The notes beneath the pieces were generated by a model that saw only the letters and a list, made by a program, of their open reading frames with translations, was not told where the DNA came from and did no database searches. Position numbers and translations under genes: made by a program. From IMG/VR virus record IMGVR_UViG_2576861727_000003: a DNA stretch of 20,000 bases; one strand, 5' to 3'. This DNA is from an uncultured virus (IMG/VR IMGVR_UViG_2576861727_000003). Its lineage: Duplodnaviria > Heunggongvirae > Uroviricota > Caudoviricetes. Positions 1 through 6,926 of this stretch are shown in pieces (the first letter of the stretch is position 1; every line of letters starts with the position of its first letter).

Positions 1-28
1 ATTGCGCCCAGAAAGAGGTAGATTTTTT

Positions 29-505
29 ATGGCAAAATTCAATGTTCGCATAGCAAAAGCGCCCAGAAATTGGTACGGATTTTCTGTACCCGAAGGCGCT
101 GCTTTTGGATCGGAATATCTCACCTCGGGAGATTTCGAATCCAAGAAATACTACGACTATGTATATCTCGGACAGAATAGGGTCGTAAAGCGCCCTGATG
201 GAACTGTCTGCGGTCGTGAAGTGAAGATTTTTCTTCATCATCATGACGACGCGGCTGCAAGGTTTGATAAGCCCGACGCAGAACTTTTTCGCGGGTATTT
301 CCAGCCTGTCTGGTTCTTCTGCGCTAAAGGTTCTTTGGCGGAGAAATTACTAAACCGTCATATCAAGACGGTGAAGCAACCAAAGCCCGATAATAGGGCA
401 GAATTGCGCAATTTTCATATCCACGAAACAACGGATATGAGTTCCGCAATCAAGCGCCCCAGCTCTGCGGGTGCTATCTTCGCAATGGTTCGTGATAGGC
501 AGTGA
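29..505 (+). CDS. hypothetical phage protein
   Basis: ORF 2..505; likely start ATG 29 after AGAGGT RBS; no recognised domain. Confidence 0.7.
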   Translation: MAKFNVRIAKAPRNWYGFSVPEGAAFGSEYLTSGDFESKKYYDYVYLGQNRVVKRPDGTVCGREVKIFLHHHDDAAARFDKPDAELFRGYFQPVWFFCAKGSLAEKLLNRHIKTVKQPKPDNRAELRNFHIHETTDMSSAIKRPSSAGAIFAMVRDRQ

Positions 506-703
506 CCATCCTGTCTATCAATAAATAAGGAGTCAAAAGCCCCATTTTCCTCGGATTTTGGGGCTCTAATTATGCCCCGATTTTCGCGGGCGAAAACTCC
601 TAACCCATGCCCTCGGGTGCTCCCTACGCGGGCAAATTGCGTCAGAACAAAGCAAACGACAAAATTTCAAGGGGCGAACTGCGCCCAAAAAGGAGATATA
701 ACT

Positions 704-970
704 ATGAAAATTAACGAATTAATAAGCCTGTTTTATCAGGCTACTGGCTTCACCATAAAGAGAACTCACGGCGGTTATAAATTCGAGGTTACAACCGATC
801 TTGTTACCGCACCTATATCTCTCGCAGATATAAAGCGTCGGGTTAAGGCATATTGCGAGCTTAAAGCTTCTATTTACGAAGCAAAAGCCGCGTATTGCGA
901 AGACACAGACGGAGCTACATGGTTCTCCGACTGTGCCGATAACTGGCGCAGAACTCTGGAAAGAGTCTAG
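704..970 (+). CDS. hypothetical protein
   Basis: AAGGAG RBS then ATG 704 (MKINELI...), inside ORF 572..970. Confidence 0.7.
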   Translation: MKINELISLFYQATGFTIKRTHGGYKFEVTTDLVTAPISLADIKRRVKAYCELKASIYEAKAAYCEDTDGATWFSDCADNWRRTLERV

Positions 971-1104
971 TTTTACAGGCAAATTATCAGAATACACATT
1001 TCCCGTGAATTTCCGCCCAGAATTTTCTCGGGATTTTTCTTCGGAGATTTATCTGGGATTTTTATACCCGAATTTCTTGGGTAAATATATTTGGAGGTAT
1101 AATA

Positions 1105-1689
1105 ATGAAAACAATGAAAGTATTGTATGGCGGTGAGTTTGTTGAATTTGTCAGCGATTGTTTCAGTGATTACGCTGCCGAAACAGGAAAACTCGGCAAT
1201 CTCTTCATGAAAGACGGCGTGATGCTGTTTGATGGCGAAAAGTCAGTGATTTTTAGCGGGCATTTTATCGACTTTAGCCACATGAAACATTACAATGGAG
1301 ATATATGCTTCTCCATTGAAAGCACAAAAAATCCTGCAAACGCAAGATTATCAGGTGCAAAGATCATATATTCCGCTTTGGAATTAGAGGAGGCATATTT
1401 TGACCGCTACCGTACAATAGTTTCAATGCTCTGTGACGGCGCAAAAGAGGACTCTGAGGAATCTGATTACGTCGGAGTGTGTCTGATTAAAATTGGAAAC
1501 ATTTCCGACGAAGAGTTAGAAGCGATTATATCGGTAATGGCAGAAAATAATTGCCGCTATTGGTGCGGCGAACCTAGAATTGACCTAAAGCGAGAATATG
1601 AGCTTTGGGTGGAGTTTGTTCCAAACGAAGAGAGCGGAATATTTAAATGGGGATTATACCCCTCGAACTACATAATAAGGAGAGGATAA
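1105..1689 (+). CDS. hypothetical protein (acidic)
   Basis: 194-aa ORF with GGAGGT RBS. Confidence 0.8.
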   Translation: MKTMKVLYGGEFVEFVSDCFSDYAAETGKLGNLFMKDGVMLFDGEKSVIFSGHFIDFSHMKHYNGDICFSIESTKNPANARLSGAKIIYSALELEEAYFDRYRTIVSMLCDGAKEDSEESDYVGVCLIKIGNISDEELEAIISVMAENNCRYWCGEPRIDLKREYELWVEFVPNEESGIFKWGLYPSNYIIRRG

Positions 1690-1691
1690 TT

Positions 1692-1925
1692 ATGAAAACT
1701 ATAAGGGATTTTATGTGGTTTGTATTTCCCACAAATAACGATGTCTTTGTCATCAAAGATATAAAGACTGGCGACAAGGTCTCTTTTACAAGAGATTCCA
1801 CTAAATCGCCTGACTGGGGCAAATTCGTAGAAAAATACTACGATATGCCAATAAGCTATGTCGAGTTTGAGCAAGGTGACAATAAGACAATAGTAAATCT
1901 TATTGTCGGTATGGATAGATTTTAA
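1692..1925 (+). CDS. hypothetical protein
   Basis: AGGAGAGG RBS, ATG 1692 (MKTIRDF...), abuts the upstream stop. Confidence 0.75.
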   Translation: MKTIRDFMWFVFPTNNDVFVIKDIKTGDKVSFTRDSTKSPDWGKFVEKYYDMPISYVEFEQGDNKTIVNLIVGMDRF

Positions 1926-1945
1926 CTCTATAATATAACCCTCCT

Positions 1946-1963
1946 GCCCCGATTTTTCGGGGC
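1946..1963 (+). other. GC-rich hairpin just 5' of the first ribozyme (terminator-like or stabilising stem)
   Basis: GCCCCGA-TTTT-TCGGGGC perfect 7-bp stem; only a weak U-tract. Confidence 0.5.
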
Positions 1964-1967
1964 TTAT

Positions 1968-2018
1968 GAACACATGAGTTGACCTCCCCGTGGTGTGTTC
2001 GGGTAACGCTAACAACTC
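1968..2018 (+). ncRNA. minimal HDV-like (theta-type) self-cleaving ribozyme 1
   Basis: P1 GAACAC/GTGTTC, P2 GAGTTG/CAACTC, P3 ACC/GGT, L3 TCCCCGT, P1.1 CC/GG, tiny P4, J4/2 GCTAA with candidate catalytic C. Confidence 0.85.
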
Positions 2019-2024
2019 CCTAAC

Positions 2025-2078
2025 GAACCGTAGAAGTCAGCCTCCTCGTGGCGCGGTTTGGGTAATGCTAATGACTTC
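2025..2078 (+). ncRNA. minimal HDV-like (theta-type) self-cleaving ribozyme 2
   Basis: P1 GAACCGT/GCGGTTT (G1-U wobble), P2 GAAGTCA/TGACTTC, P3 GCC/GGC, L3 TCCTCGT, P1.1 CC/GG, J4/2 GCTAA; compensatory changes relative to copy 1. Confidence 0.9.
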
Positions 2079-2302
2079 ATTCACACACCATCCCGACTTT
2101 GTGTGAAAAACTGCTGACAAAATTTATGCTAAAGGAGATGATAATTTTCATGATTTAACCAGCGTGAACGCGACAGCGCAGAATAAAGTGCCGCGGGAAT
2201 TTTACCGACATATTCAGCCGAATCAGCTCAGAATTTTGTTAGGTAATTTTTCTTGAAATGATTGAGCGGGGTAGCATCCGCAAGAAAGGGGTGATGATAG
2301 AT

Positions 2303-2368
2303 ATGTTTGATATATTGGTTCGCCGCAGAACCGTCGTGTGTCGGAAATATTCGATACATGAGAAATAA
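2303..2368 (+). CDS. putative 21-aa basic peptide (MFDILVRRRTVVCRKYSIHEK)
   Basis: strong RBS AGAAAGGGGTGA upstream; followed by hairpin GTCAGC/GCTGAC; too short for the ORF track. Confidence 0.4.
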   Translation: MFDILVRRRTVVCRKYSIHEK

Positions 2369-2420
2369 GTCAGCGATAGCGGCTGACGTACTTGTGCATT
2401 GCGGTTTATGCGCAAGACAA

Positions 2421-2495
2421 GCTCCCGTGGCGAAATTGGCAAACGCAGTGTATTTAAGGTACATACAACTATGGGTTCGAATCCCATCGGGAGTA
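2421..2495 (+). tRNA. trnL: tRNA-Leu(TAA), short variable region
   Basis: acceptor GCTCCCG/CGGGAGT, D-loop TGGC, anticodon stem GTGTA/TACAT with loop TTTAAGG, T arm ATGGG-TTCGAAT-CCCAT, discriminator A. Confidence 0.85.
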
Positions 2496-2558
2496 TCCTC
2501 TTCTATGACATTATACCTCCTTAATTATGGCGGCGTGGAAATTTCTGCGCCGTCTTTT

Positions 2559-2670
2559 GTGCCATTAGCTCAATCGGTTAGAGCGCGTATTGTGTCTTGT
2601 AGAAGACACTTACAGCAGATTTATTTGCTATTCCAAAGCCGAGATGTGGGTTCGAGCCCCACATGGCGCA
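2559..2670 (+). ncRNA. tRNA-like RNA with a structured insert in place of, or interrupting, the anticodon arm
   Basis: acceptor GTGCCAT/ATGGCGC, D arm GCTC/GAGC, T arm GTGGG-TTCGAGC-CCCAC; ~39 extra nt including hairpin GTGTCTT/AAGACAC followed by TTACAGCA. Confidence 0.75.
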
Positions 2671-2674
2671 TTTT

Positions 2675-2716
2675 ACGGCACGAACAGCATTTCACATTTG
2701 CATAAAGTGTGCCGTG
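2675..2716 (+). ncRNA. small stem-loop with ACAGCA motif (same module as the insert of the upstream tRNA-like RNA)
   Basis: ACGGCAC-GA-ACAGCA...GTGCCGT-G; 7-bp stem. Confidence 0.55.
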
Positions 2717-2774
2717 TTAACCGCCCATTTTGGGTAAATTTTATAAGGCAAAACGCCTAGGAAGGAATTTTAAA

Positions 2775-2936
2775 ATGAAAAGTTTCAGATTTGTAGACAG
2801 GAAAACAAGCAAGGTTTGGGTAGAAACCGCACCAGACTTCAAGACCGCTAGAGCAAAGATTTATAAGGCTCTCAAAATCAAACCCAATGTGTTCACCGTT
2901 AAAGCGCCGATGAATACATGGGTCATAGAAAGGTAG
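2775..2936 (+). CDS. small basic hypothetical protein
   Basis: AGGAAGGA RBS, ATG 2775 (MKSFRFVDRK...). Confidence 0.7.
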   Translation: MKSFRFVDRKTSKVWVETAPDFKTARAKIYKALKIKPNVFTVKAPMNTWVIER

Positions 2937-2946
2937 GCGAGAAAAA

Positions 2947-3045
2947 ATGCTGAAAGTTTTATTCCAGAAATTTTTCGGCAAAAAGCAGAGCATAGCTGCG
3001 GAGCTCAAGTATTACCAGAGCCTCGCGGCGTATAACAAATTTTAA
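2947..3045 (+). CDS. putative 32-aa peptide
   Basis: MLKVLFQKFFGKK...; fills the gap between neighbours; weak RBS AGGTAGG. Confidence 0.45.
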   Translation: MLKVLFQKFFGKKQSIAAELKYYQSLAAYNKF

Positions 3046-3059
3046 AAGGAGGAATTATA

Positions 3060-3440
3060 ATGGAAGAGTTAAAAAAAGATAAACTTGAAGAATTAAGAGA
3101 AGCATTAGAACTTAACGAACACATGGCAAATTCACTCAGCGAGGAAGTAAAAAGATACACGGAAAAAGCCGCCGAAATAAGAAAAGAGATTATGGTGGAG
3201 AGTGTAGACAGAGCCAGATTTTTCTACCATACGAGCTTCGGTAATGACGGTCTTGAATCCATAGGTAAAGTAGTAAGTTTTCTATCGTTTTGTGAGTCAT
3301 TAGGCTTAAAATGGAAGAGTGGATGTAACCCGCTCAACGAACACGCGATTGACACAGTTGACGACGCTCTTCATGACCGCTACACAGTGTGGCGCATTAA
3401 CATATCCGACGAGGGTAAGTTAACACTGGAGGTGATATAA
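3060..3440 (+). CDS. hypothetical protein, N-terminal coiled coil, C-terminal 'GLKWKSG' domain
   Basis: AAGGAGG RBS; motif shared with the C-terminus of 6927..9137. Confidence 0.8.
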   Translation: MEELKKDKLEELREALELNEHMANSLSEEVKRYTEKAAEIRKEIMVESVDRARFFYHTSFGNDGLESIGKVVSFLSFCESLGLKWKSGCNPLNEHAIDTVDDALHDRYTVWRINISDEGKLTLEVI

Positions 3441-3441
3441 A

Positions 3442-3600
3442 ATGAACACATATATAGTAACATCTGACTACGGATTTATCAAAAACGTTTCCGAGGTAAA
3501 GGCAAGAACAAGGTTTGGGGCGAAGCTTAAAGGTCGCAAAAAAACTTGTTTTGGGTTTCCTGTCAAAAAGGTAACGGTAGAAAGAGTGGTGGAAGAATAA
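3442..3600 (+). CDS. 52-aa basic hypothetical protein
   Basis: GGAGGTGA RBS; MNTYIVTSDYGF...VVEE; stop overlaps the next start. Confidence 0.65.
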   Translation: MNTYIVTSDYGFIKNVSEVKARTRFGAKLKGRKKTCFGFPVKKVTVERVVEE

Positions 3601-3764
3601 TGAGTACAATTACCAAAGAGCTACTCAAATCAGTTTTAGAACTGACCCAGTTGTGCAATAATACGAACAAAGTAATAATTGCACAGTCTGAAAAAATAGA
3701 AGAGCTCGAAAGTCGTATCAAGACTTTAGAGCATTATCGCGCCTATCACGGCGACGAAGAATAG
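3600..3764 (+). CDS. small coiled-coil hypothetical protein
   Basis: TAATG overlap, MSTITKELL... Confidence 0.65.
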   Translation: MSTITKELLKSVLELTQLCNNTNKVIIAQSEKIEELESRIKTLEHYRAYHGDEE

Positions 3765-3776
3765 GAGGGGTAAACT

Positions 3777-3884
3777 ATGATGATAGGATTAAGCGGAGAA
3801 GAATATCTCAAATTACTAGAGTCGCTTATAGAAGCGAAAGAAGAGGATAAAACAGAAAAGGAGGAAGAACCAGATGAAAAGTAA
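3777..3884 (+). CDS. 35-aa acidic peptide
   Basis: AGGAGGGG RBS; MMIGLSGEEYLKLLESL... Confidence 0.5.
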   Translation: MMIGLSGEEYLKLLESLIEAKEEDKTEKEEEPDEK

Positions 3885-4170
3885 ATTTTATGAGCAGTCG
3901 TTCGTTGGCATAATCCTTGCGGCTCTAGTGCTTTCAGTCTCTATGTTTTCGCTCGGATATTTATTTGGAAACTTCTCAGCTAAAGAAACTGAGAAGGAAT
4001 ATCCTGAGCCTGTCTCAGCGATAGTTGACGGCGAAGAGATGCCTGTGATATCGGTAAAAACGCATGGCAATTATGCTGAAGTTGTCACCGATGGTGACGA
4101 AAAAATTATCATTTCAACGAAAAATCTCGTAATCTATGAGGACGAGAAATTTTATAACGGAGAGGAATAA
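3874..4170 (+). CDS. membrane-anchored hypothetical protein
   Basis: AAGGAGG RBS; N-terminal hydrophobic helix FVGIILAALVLSVSMFSLGYLF. Confidence 0.8.
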   Translation: MKSKFYEQSFVGIILAALVLSVSMFSLGYLFGNFSAKETEKEYPEPVSAIVDGEEMPVISVKTHGNYAEVVTDGDEKIIISTKNLVIYEDEKFYNGEE

Positions 4171-4173
4171 ATT

Positions 4174-4401
4174 ATGAACCACACACAGGCGGTAAAACAC
4201 GCCTATAACAAAAGCAAGGAATTTTTCTACGGAGATATTCCCGCGTTTGAGTTAGCACTGAAATTTGCCGAAAAAGGTAAGTATAATACAGCAAATGATT
4301 TATTAATGGTGGCAAAAGCCGAGTGCGTAGAAGCACTCAAATTTTGTGAAATGGATATTTCGCTTGCAGACATTGAATTATACGAGGTGGCAAAAAAATG
4401 A
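4174..4401 (+). CDS. hypothetical protein
   Basis: 75-aa ORF, GGAGAGG RBS. Confidence 0.7.
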   Translation: MNHTQAVKHAYNKSKEFFYGDIPAFELALKFAEKGKYNTANDLLMVAKAECVEALKFCEMDISLADIELYEVAKK

Positions 4402-4625
4402 AAATTGAGTATTCAAACAGTTCATTTATCCGACTTAGTAATATCTTGTCGGGTGAAACGTTTATTGCCGATAACACTCTTTATATAAAGGGCGAGAAAT
4501 CAGGCATAGACGATATTGTGTGTGTCAGCCTTGCTGACGGACACATAAAACATTTCTTTGAAGCGGATATGGTAAGACCAGTTAAGACGAAAATTATCAT
4601 TGAGTCTTCTATAGGTTTTGTATGA
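4398..4625 (+). CDS. hypothetical protein
   Basis: ATGA overlap, GAGGTGG RBS. Confidence 0.7.
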   Translation: MKIEYSNSSFIRLSNILSGETFIADNTLYIKGEKSGIDDIVCVSLADGHIKHFFEADMVRPVKTKIIIESSIGFV

Positions 4626-4699
4626 TTTTTTCAATGAGAAGATAACTTTCTCAAATTAAAGCAAAGTTATAATTGAATAATCGAATGGAGGTATCTTCT

Positions 4700-5119
4700 A
4701 TGGAAATTAAAGACTTTGTTATATCAAGGGATGTGGCAAATGGCAGATTATATTTTTGTCCCGAATGCGGAGAAGAATTTTTCATTAATACTCAATCCCC
4801 ACTTATACCTTTAAGTATGGCTTGTTACGACTGTGAAGATTGCGACCTTCATATAGAACACGGCGGAAAATGTCGGCGCTTTGAATATAATTGCCCGTTT
4901 GACTTTTATCTGCTTTTAGATGGGTTTCCAGTAGAAACAGCAGAGATTACATCTTTACTTAATGAGATTAAGTGTGCGGACAAAAGAATTCAGGAAATAG
5001 TTGATAAAACACACAGCTATGGGATAAGAGCTCTTGATAATTTGCATTGGGCGATTAGTCATCTCGATGATGACATTGCTTCTGCCGAAGAATGGGCAGA
5101 AATAGATGAGGAGGAATAA
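4700..5119 (+). CDS. putative zinc-binding hypothetical protein
   Basis: GGAGGT RBS, ATG 4700; CPEC, CYDCEDC and further Cys/His. Confidence 0.7.
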   Translation: MEIKDFVISRDVANGRLYFCPECGEEFFINTQSPLIPLSMACYDCEDCDLHIEHGGKCRRFEYNCPFDFYLLLDGFPVETAEITSLLNEIKCADKRIQEIVDKTHSYGIRALDNLHWAISHLDDDIASAEEWAEIDEEE

Positions 5120-5121
5120 TA

Positions 5122-5718
5122 ATGGCGGTATTTGGTAGAGTAATAATCAAAGACATCACCGAACAGGAAGTCGTAAATATCGCGGCAGCGTTTGGCTGTT
5201 ATCGCAATAACAAGAAATATAGACCGCAAAACCAAGGATGTTATAGTTCTATACTTAATGGCGGTACCTATTATCAGTCTATGCCAGACCTCGACACAGG
5301 ATTCTGTCAGGCAGAGTTCCAGATTATTGTAACACAGTCCAATATTGATGCGGGTTTCGTGCATCAGGCAATAGAACAGTCTATCAGGGATAGCATTTTC
5401 CGCAAGGTAAAAATCGAATATACCCTGACATGGCGGGAGGGAGAGGTATATTTTTACGACCGCGGGAAGTCATATGTCGTTAATATAGAGTATTTTATCC
5501 CGTCTGGAAGGGGTTGCCCTCAAAAGACAGATGATGAACTTCATCCTTACCCTGACTACAAAAATGTTATCCATGTAGTGTTGGACGAAACGAATATGGT
5601 AAGCGGCACCCCTGAAGAAAAGAAAAAGGAGATGAACAAAGAAGAGATAAAAGCAGAATTACAAAAGGTAATTGCGGAATCACTAAAGACGATTATGGAG
5701 TTAGTGAAGAAGCTGTAA
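5122..5718 (+). CDS. hypothetical protein
   Basis: 198-aa ORF, GAGGAGG RBS. Confidence 0.8.
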   Translation: MAVFGRVIIKDITEQEVVNIAAAFGCYRNNKKYRPQNQGCYSSILNGGTYYQSMPDLDTGFCQAEFQIIVTQSNIDAGFVHQAIEQSIRDSIFRKVKIEYTLTWREGEVYFYDRGKSYVVNIEYFIPSGRGCPQKTDDELHPYPDYKNVIHVVLDETNMVSGTPEEKKKEMNKEEIKAELQKVIAESLKTIMELVKKL

Positions 5719-5744
5719 ACACGGAAAACGAAGGAGAAATTTTT

Positions 5745-6119
5745 ATGAATTTTTCAGATAAACTAATTCGATTGCGTAAAGCATTCGGATACACAAAGAA
5801 GTATGTAGCTGAAAGTGTCGGCGTATCATGTACCGCTATAGCGGCATATGAGGATGGCAAAACTGCACCTCAGTACAAAATAATCTATAAGGGAATCGCG
5901 AATCTGTTCGGTGTTCCGTTAGAATTTCTAATGGTAGAAAAACCTCATGATGAGGTAGTTCTGGCGAGTATTACAAAACGGCAAACACGACTTCGTATAA
6001 ATGCGATATCGTGCGATATCGACCGCATTTGTGCAGAAATTCGTGGACTGAGAAAAATAGAGCGTCTTACCGCAGAGGATGCGCTAAAAATAATCGGGGC
6101 GGTGACTGGAAATGAGTAA
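5745..6119 (+). CDS. XRE/Cro-family helix-turn-helix regulator
   Basis: FSDKLIRLRK..YTKKYVAESVGVSCTAIAAYEDGKTAP..IANLFGVPLEFL is an HTH_3 pattern. Confidence 0.9.
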   Translation: MNFSDKLIRLRKAFGYTKKYVAESVGVSCTAIAAYEDGKTAPQYKIIYKGIANLFGVPLEFLMVEKPHDEVVLASITKRQTRLRINAISCDIDRICAEIRGLRKIERLTAEDALKIIGAVTGNE

Positions 6120-6387
6120 TGTTTCGCTAATAAAAGGAGAGTTAGTAATCGCTTTACCCCATAGCCGTTATGGCGTAACAAATAATGGCTGGACAGGTCA
6201 TTATTTGGGAAAATCGGAATGGACAAACGGTGAGATTTTCGTTTCCAAAAAAAATAAGTTTTCAATAAAGCCAAACACAGTAATTCCATATTCCGAAAAT
6301 ATGGAAACTGCAAACTTCAAACATTTCACAGGTATCGTAGACGACCATCGTGTACTTGTGTATAGAACGGAGGAAGATCATGATTAA
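6112..6387 (+). CDS. hypothetical protein, IPYSEN-motif family
   Basis: GELVIALP..YG.T..GWT..IPYSENM, paralog of the next ORF. Confidence 0.8.
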   Translation: MSNVSLIKGELVIALPHSRYGVTNNGWTGHYLGKSEWTNGEIFVSKKNKFSIKPNTVIPYSENMETANFKHFTGIVDDHRVLVYRTEEDHD

Positions 6388-6655
6388 AGACTTTCTGCGA
6401 GAGGGGGAATTAGTGACAGCGTTACCTAATGATGATTATGGCTATACAACTGACGGATGGACGGCATATGTTTTAGCGCTACATAGTGGCTACAACGGAG
6501 AGGTATCCGTTCAAGGGTATAATGACCGCGGAAATGTCACCAGTCCCGACTGGGCAGTAGACCCAGAAGTTTTAATTCCGTATTCCGAAAATATGGTAAC
6601 ACAAAGCTTCAGAAGCTTTAAAGTTCACCCAGATGCTCCGCCTGTGATATTTTAG
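6380..6655 (+). CDS. hypothetical protein, IPYSEN-motif family
   Basis: GGAGG RBS, ATG 6380; GELVTALP..YG.T..GWT..IPYSENM. Confidence 0.8.
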   Translation: MIKDFLREGELVTALPNDDYGYTTDGWTAYVLALHSGYNGEVSVQGYNDRGNVTSPDWAVDPEVLIPYSENMVTQSFRSFKVHPDAPPVIF

Positions 6656-6668
6656 GCGGATTTTTTTT
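6637..6668 (+). terminator. intrinsic terminator
   Basis: TCCGCCT/AGGCGGA stem followed by T8. Confidence 0.7.
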
Positions 6669-6683
6669 ATTCAAAAAAAGGAG

Positions 6684-6878
6684 TTGATAAAGATGGATTT
6701 CATAAAAATGGTAAACGCTGAACATCGGTTTCAGGTGCTTACCGACGAAGCTTGCGAGAGAAGTGTACTCTCAAAAATAAGAACTGAGAATCGTAGGATA
6801 CAGCGTATCAATACGACTCTTATCAAGATGAGCGCCGTATTTGGCAGCGTAGCGATTCTTGCACTGATAATCAAGTAA
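6684..6878 (+). CDS. small protein with C-terminal hydrophobic segment
   Basis: AAGGAG RBS (start may be ATG 6693); tail AVFGSVAILALII. Confidence 0.7.
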   Translation: MIKMDFIKMVNAEHRFQVLTDEACERSVLSKIRTENRRIQRINTTLIKMSAVFGSVAILALIIK

Positions 6879-6926
6879 AAAACAAAAACGCCTAAAATGG
6901 CGTAATATTTTAGGAGGAATAAAAAA

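Noticed and set aside
1968..2078. CRISPR array or simple tandem duplication
   Set aside because: Only two units, no spacer, and the differences are compensatory within ribozyme stems
2228..2705. ORFs 2307..2705 (+), 2228..2464 (-) and 2239..2487 (-)
   Set aside because: They overlap tRNA and tRNA-like genes and lack a suitable RBS; chance frames
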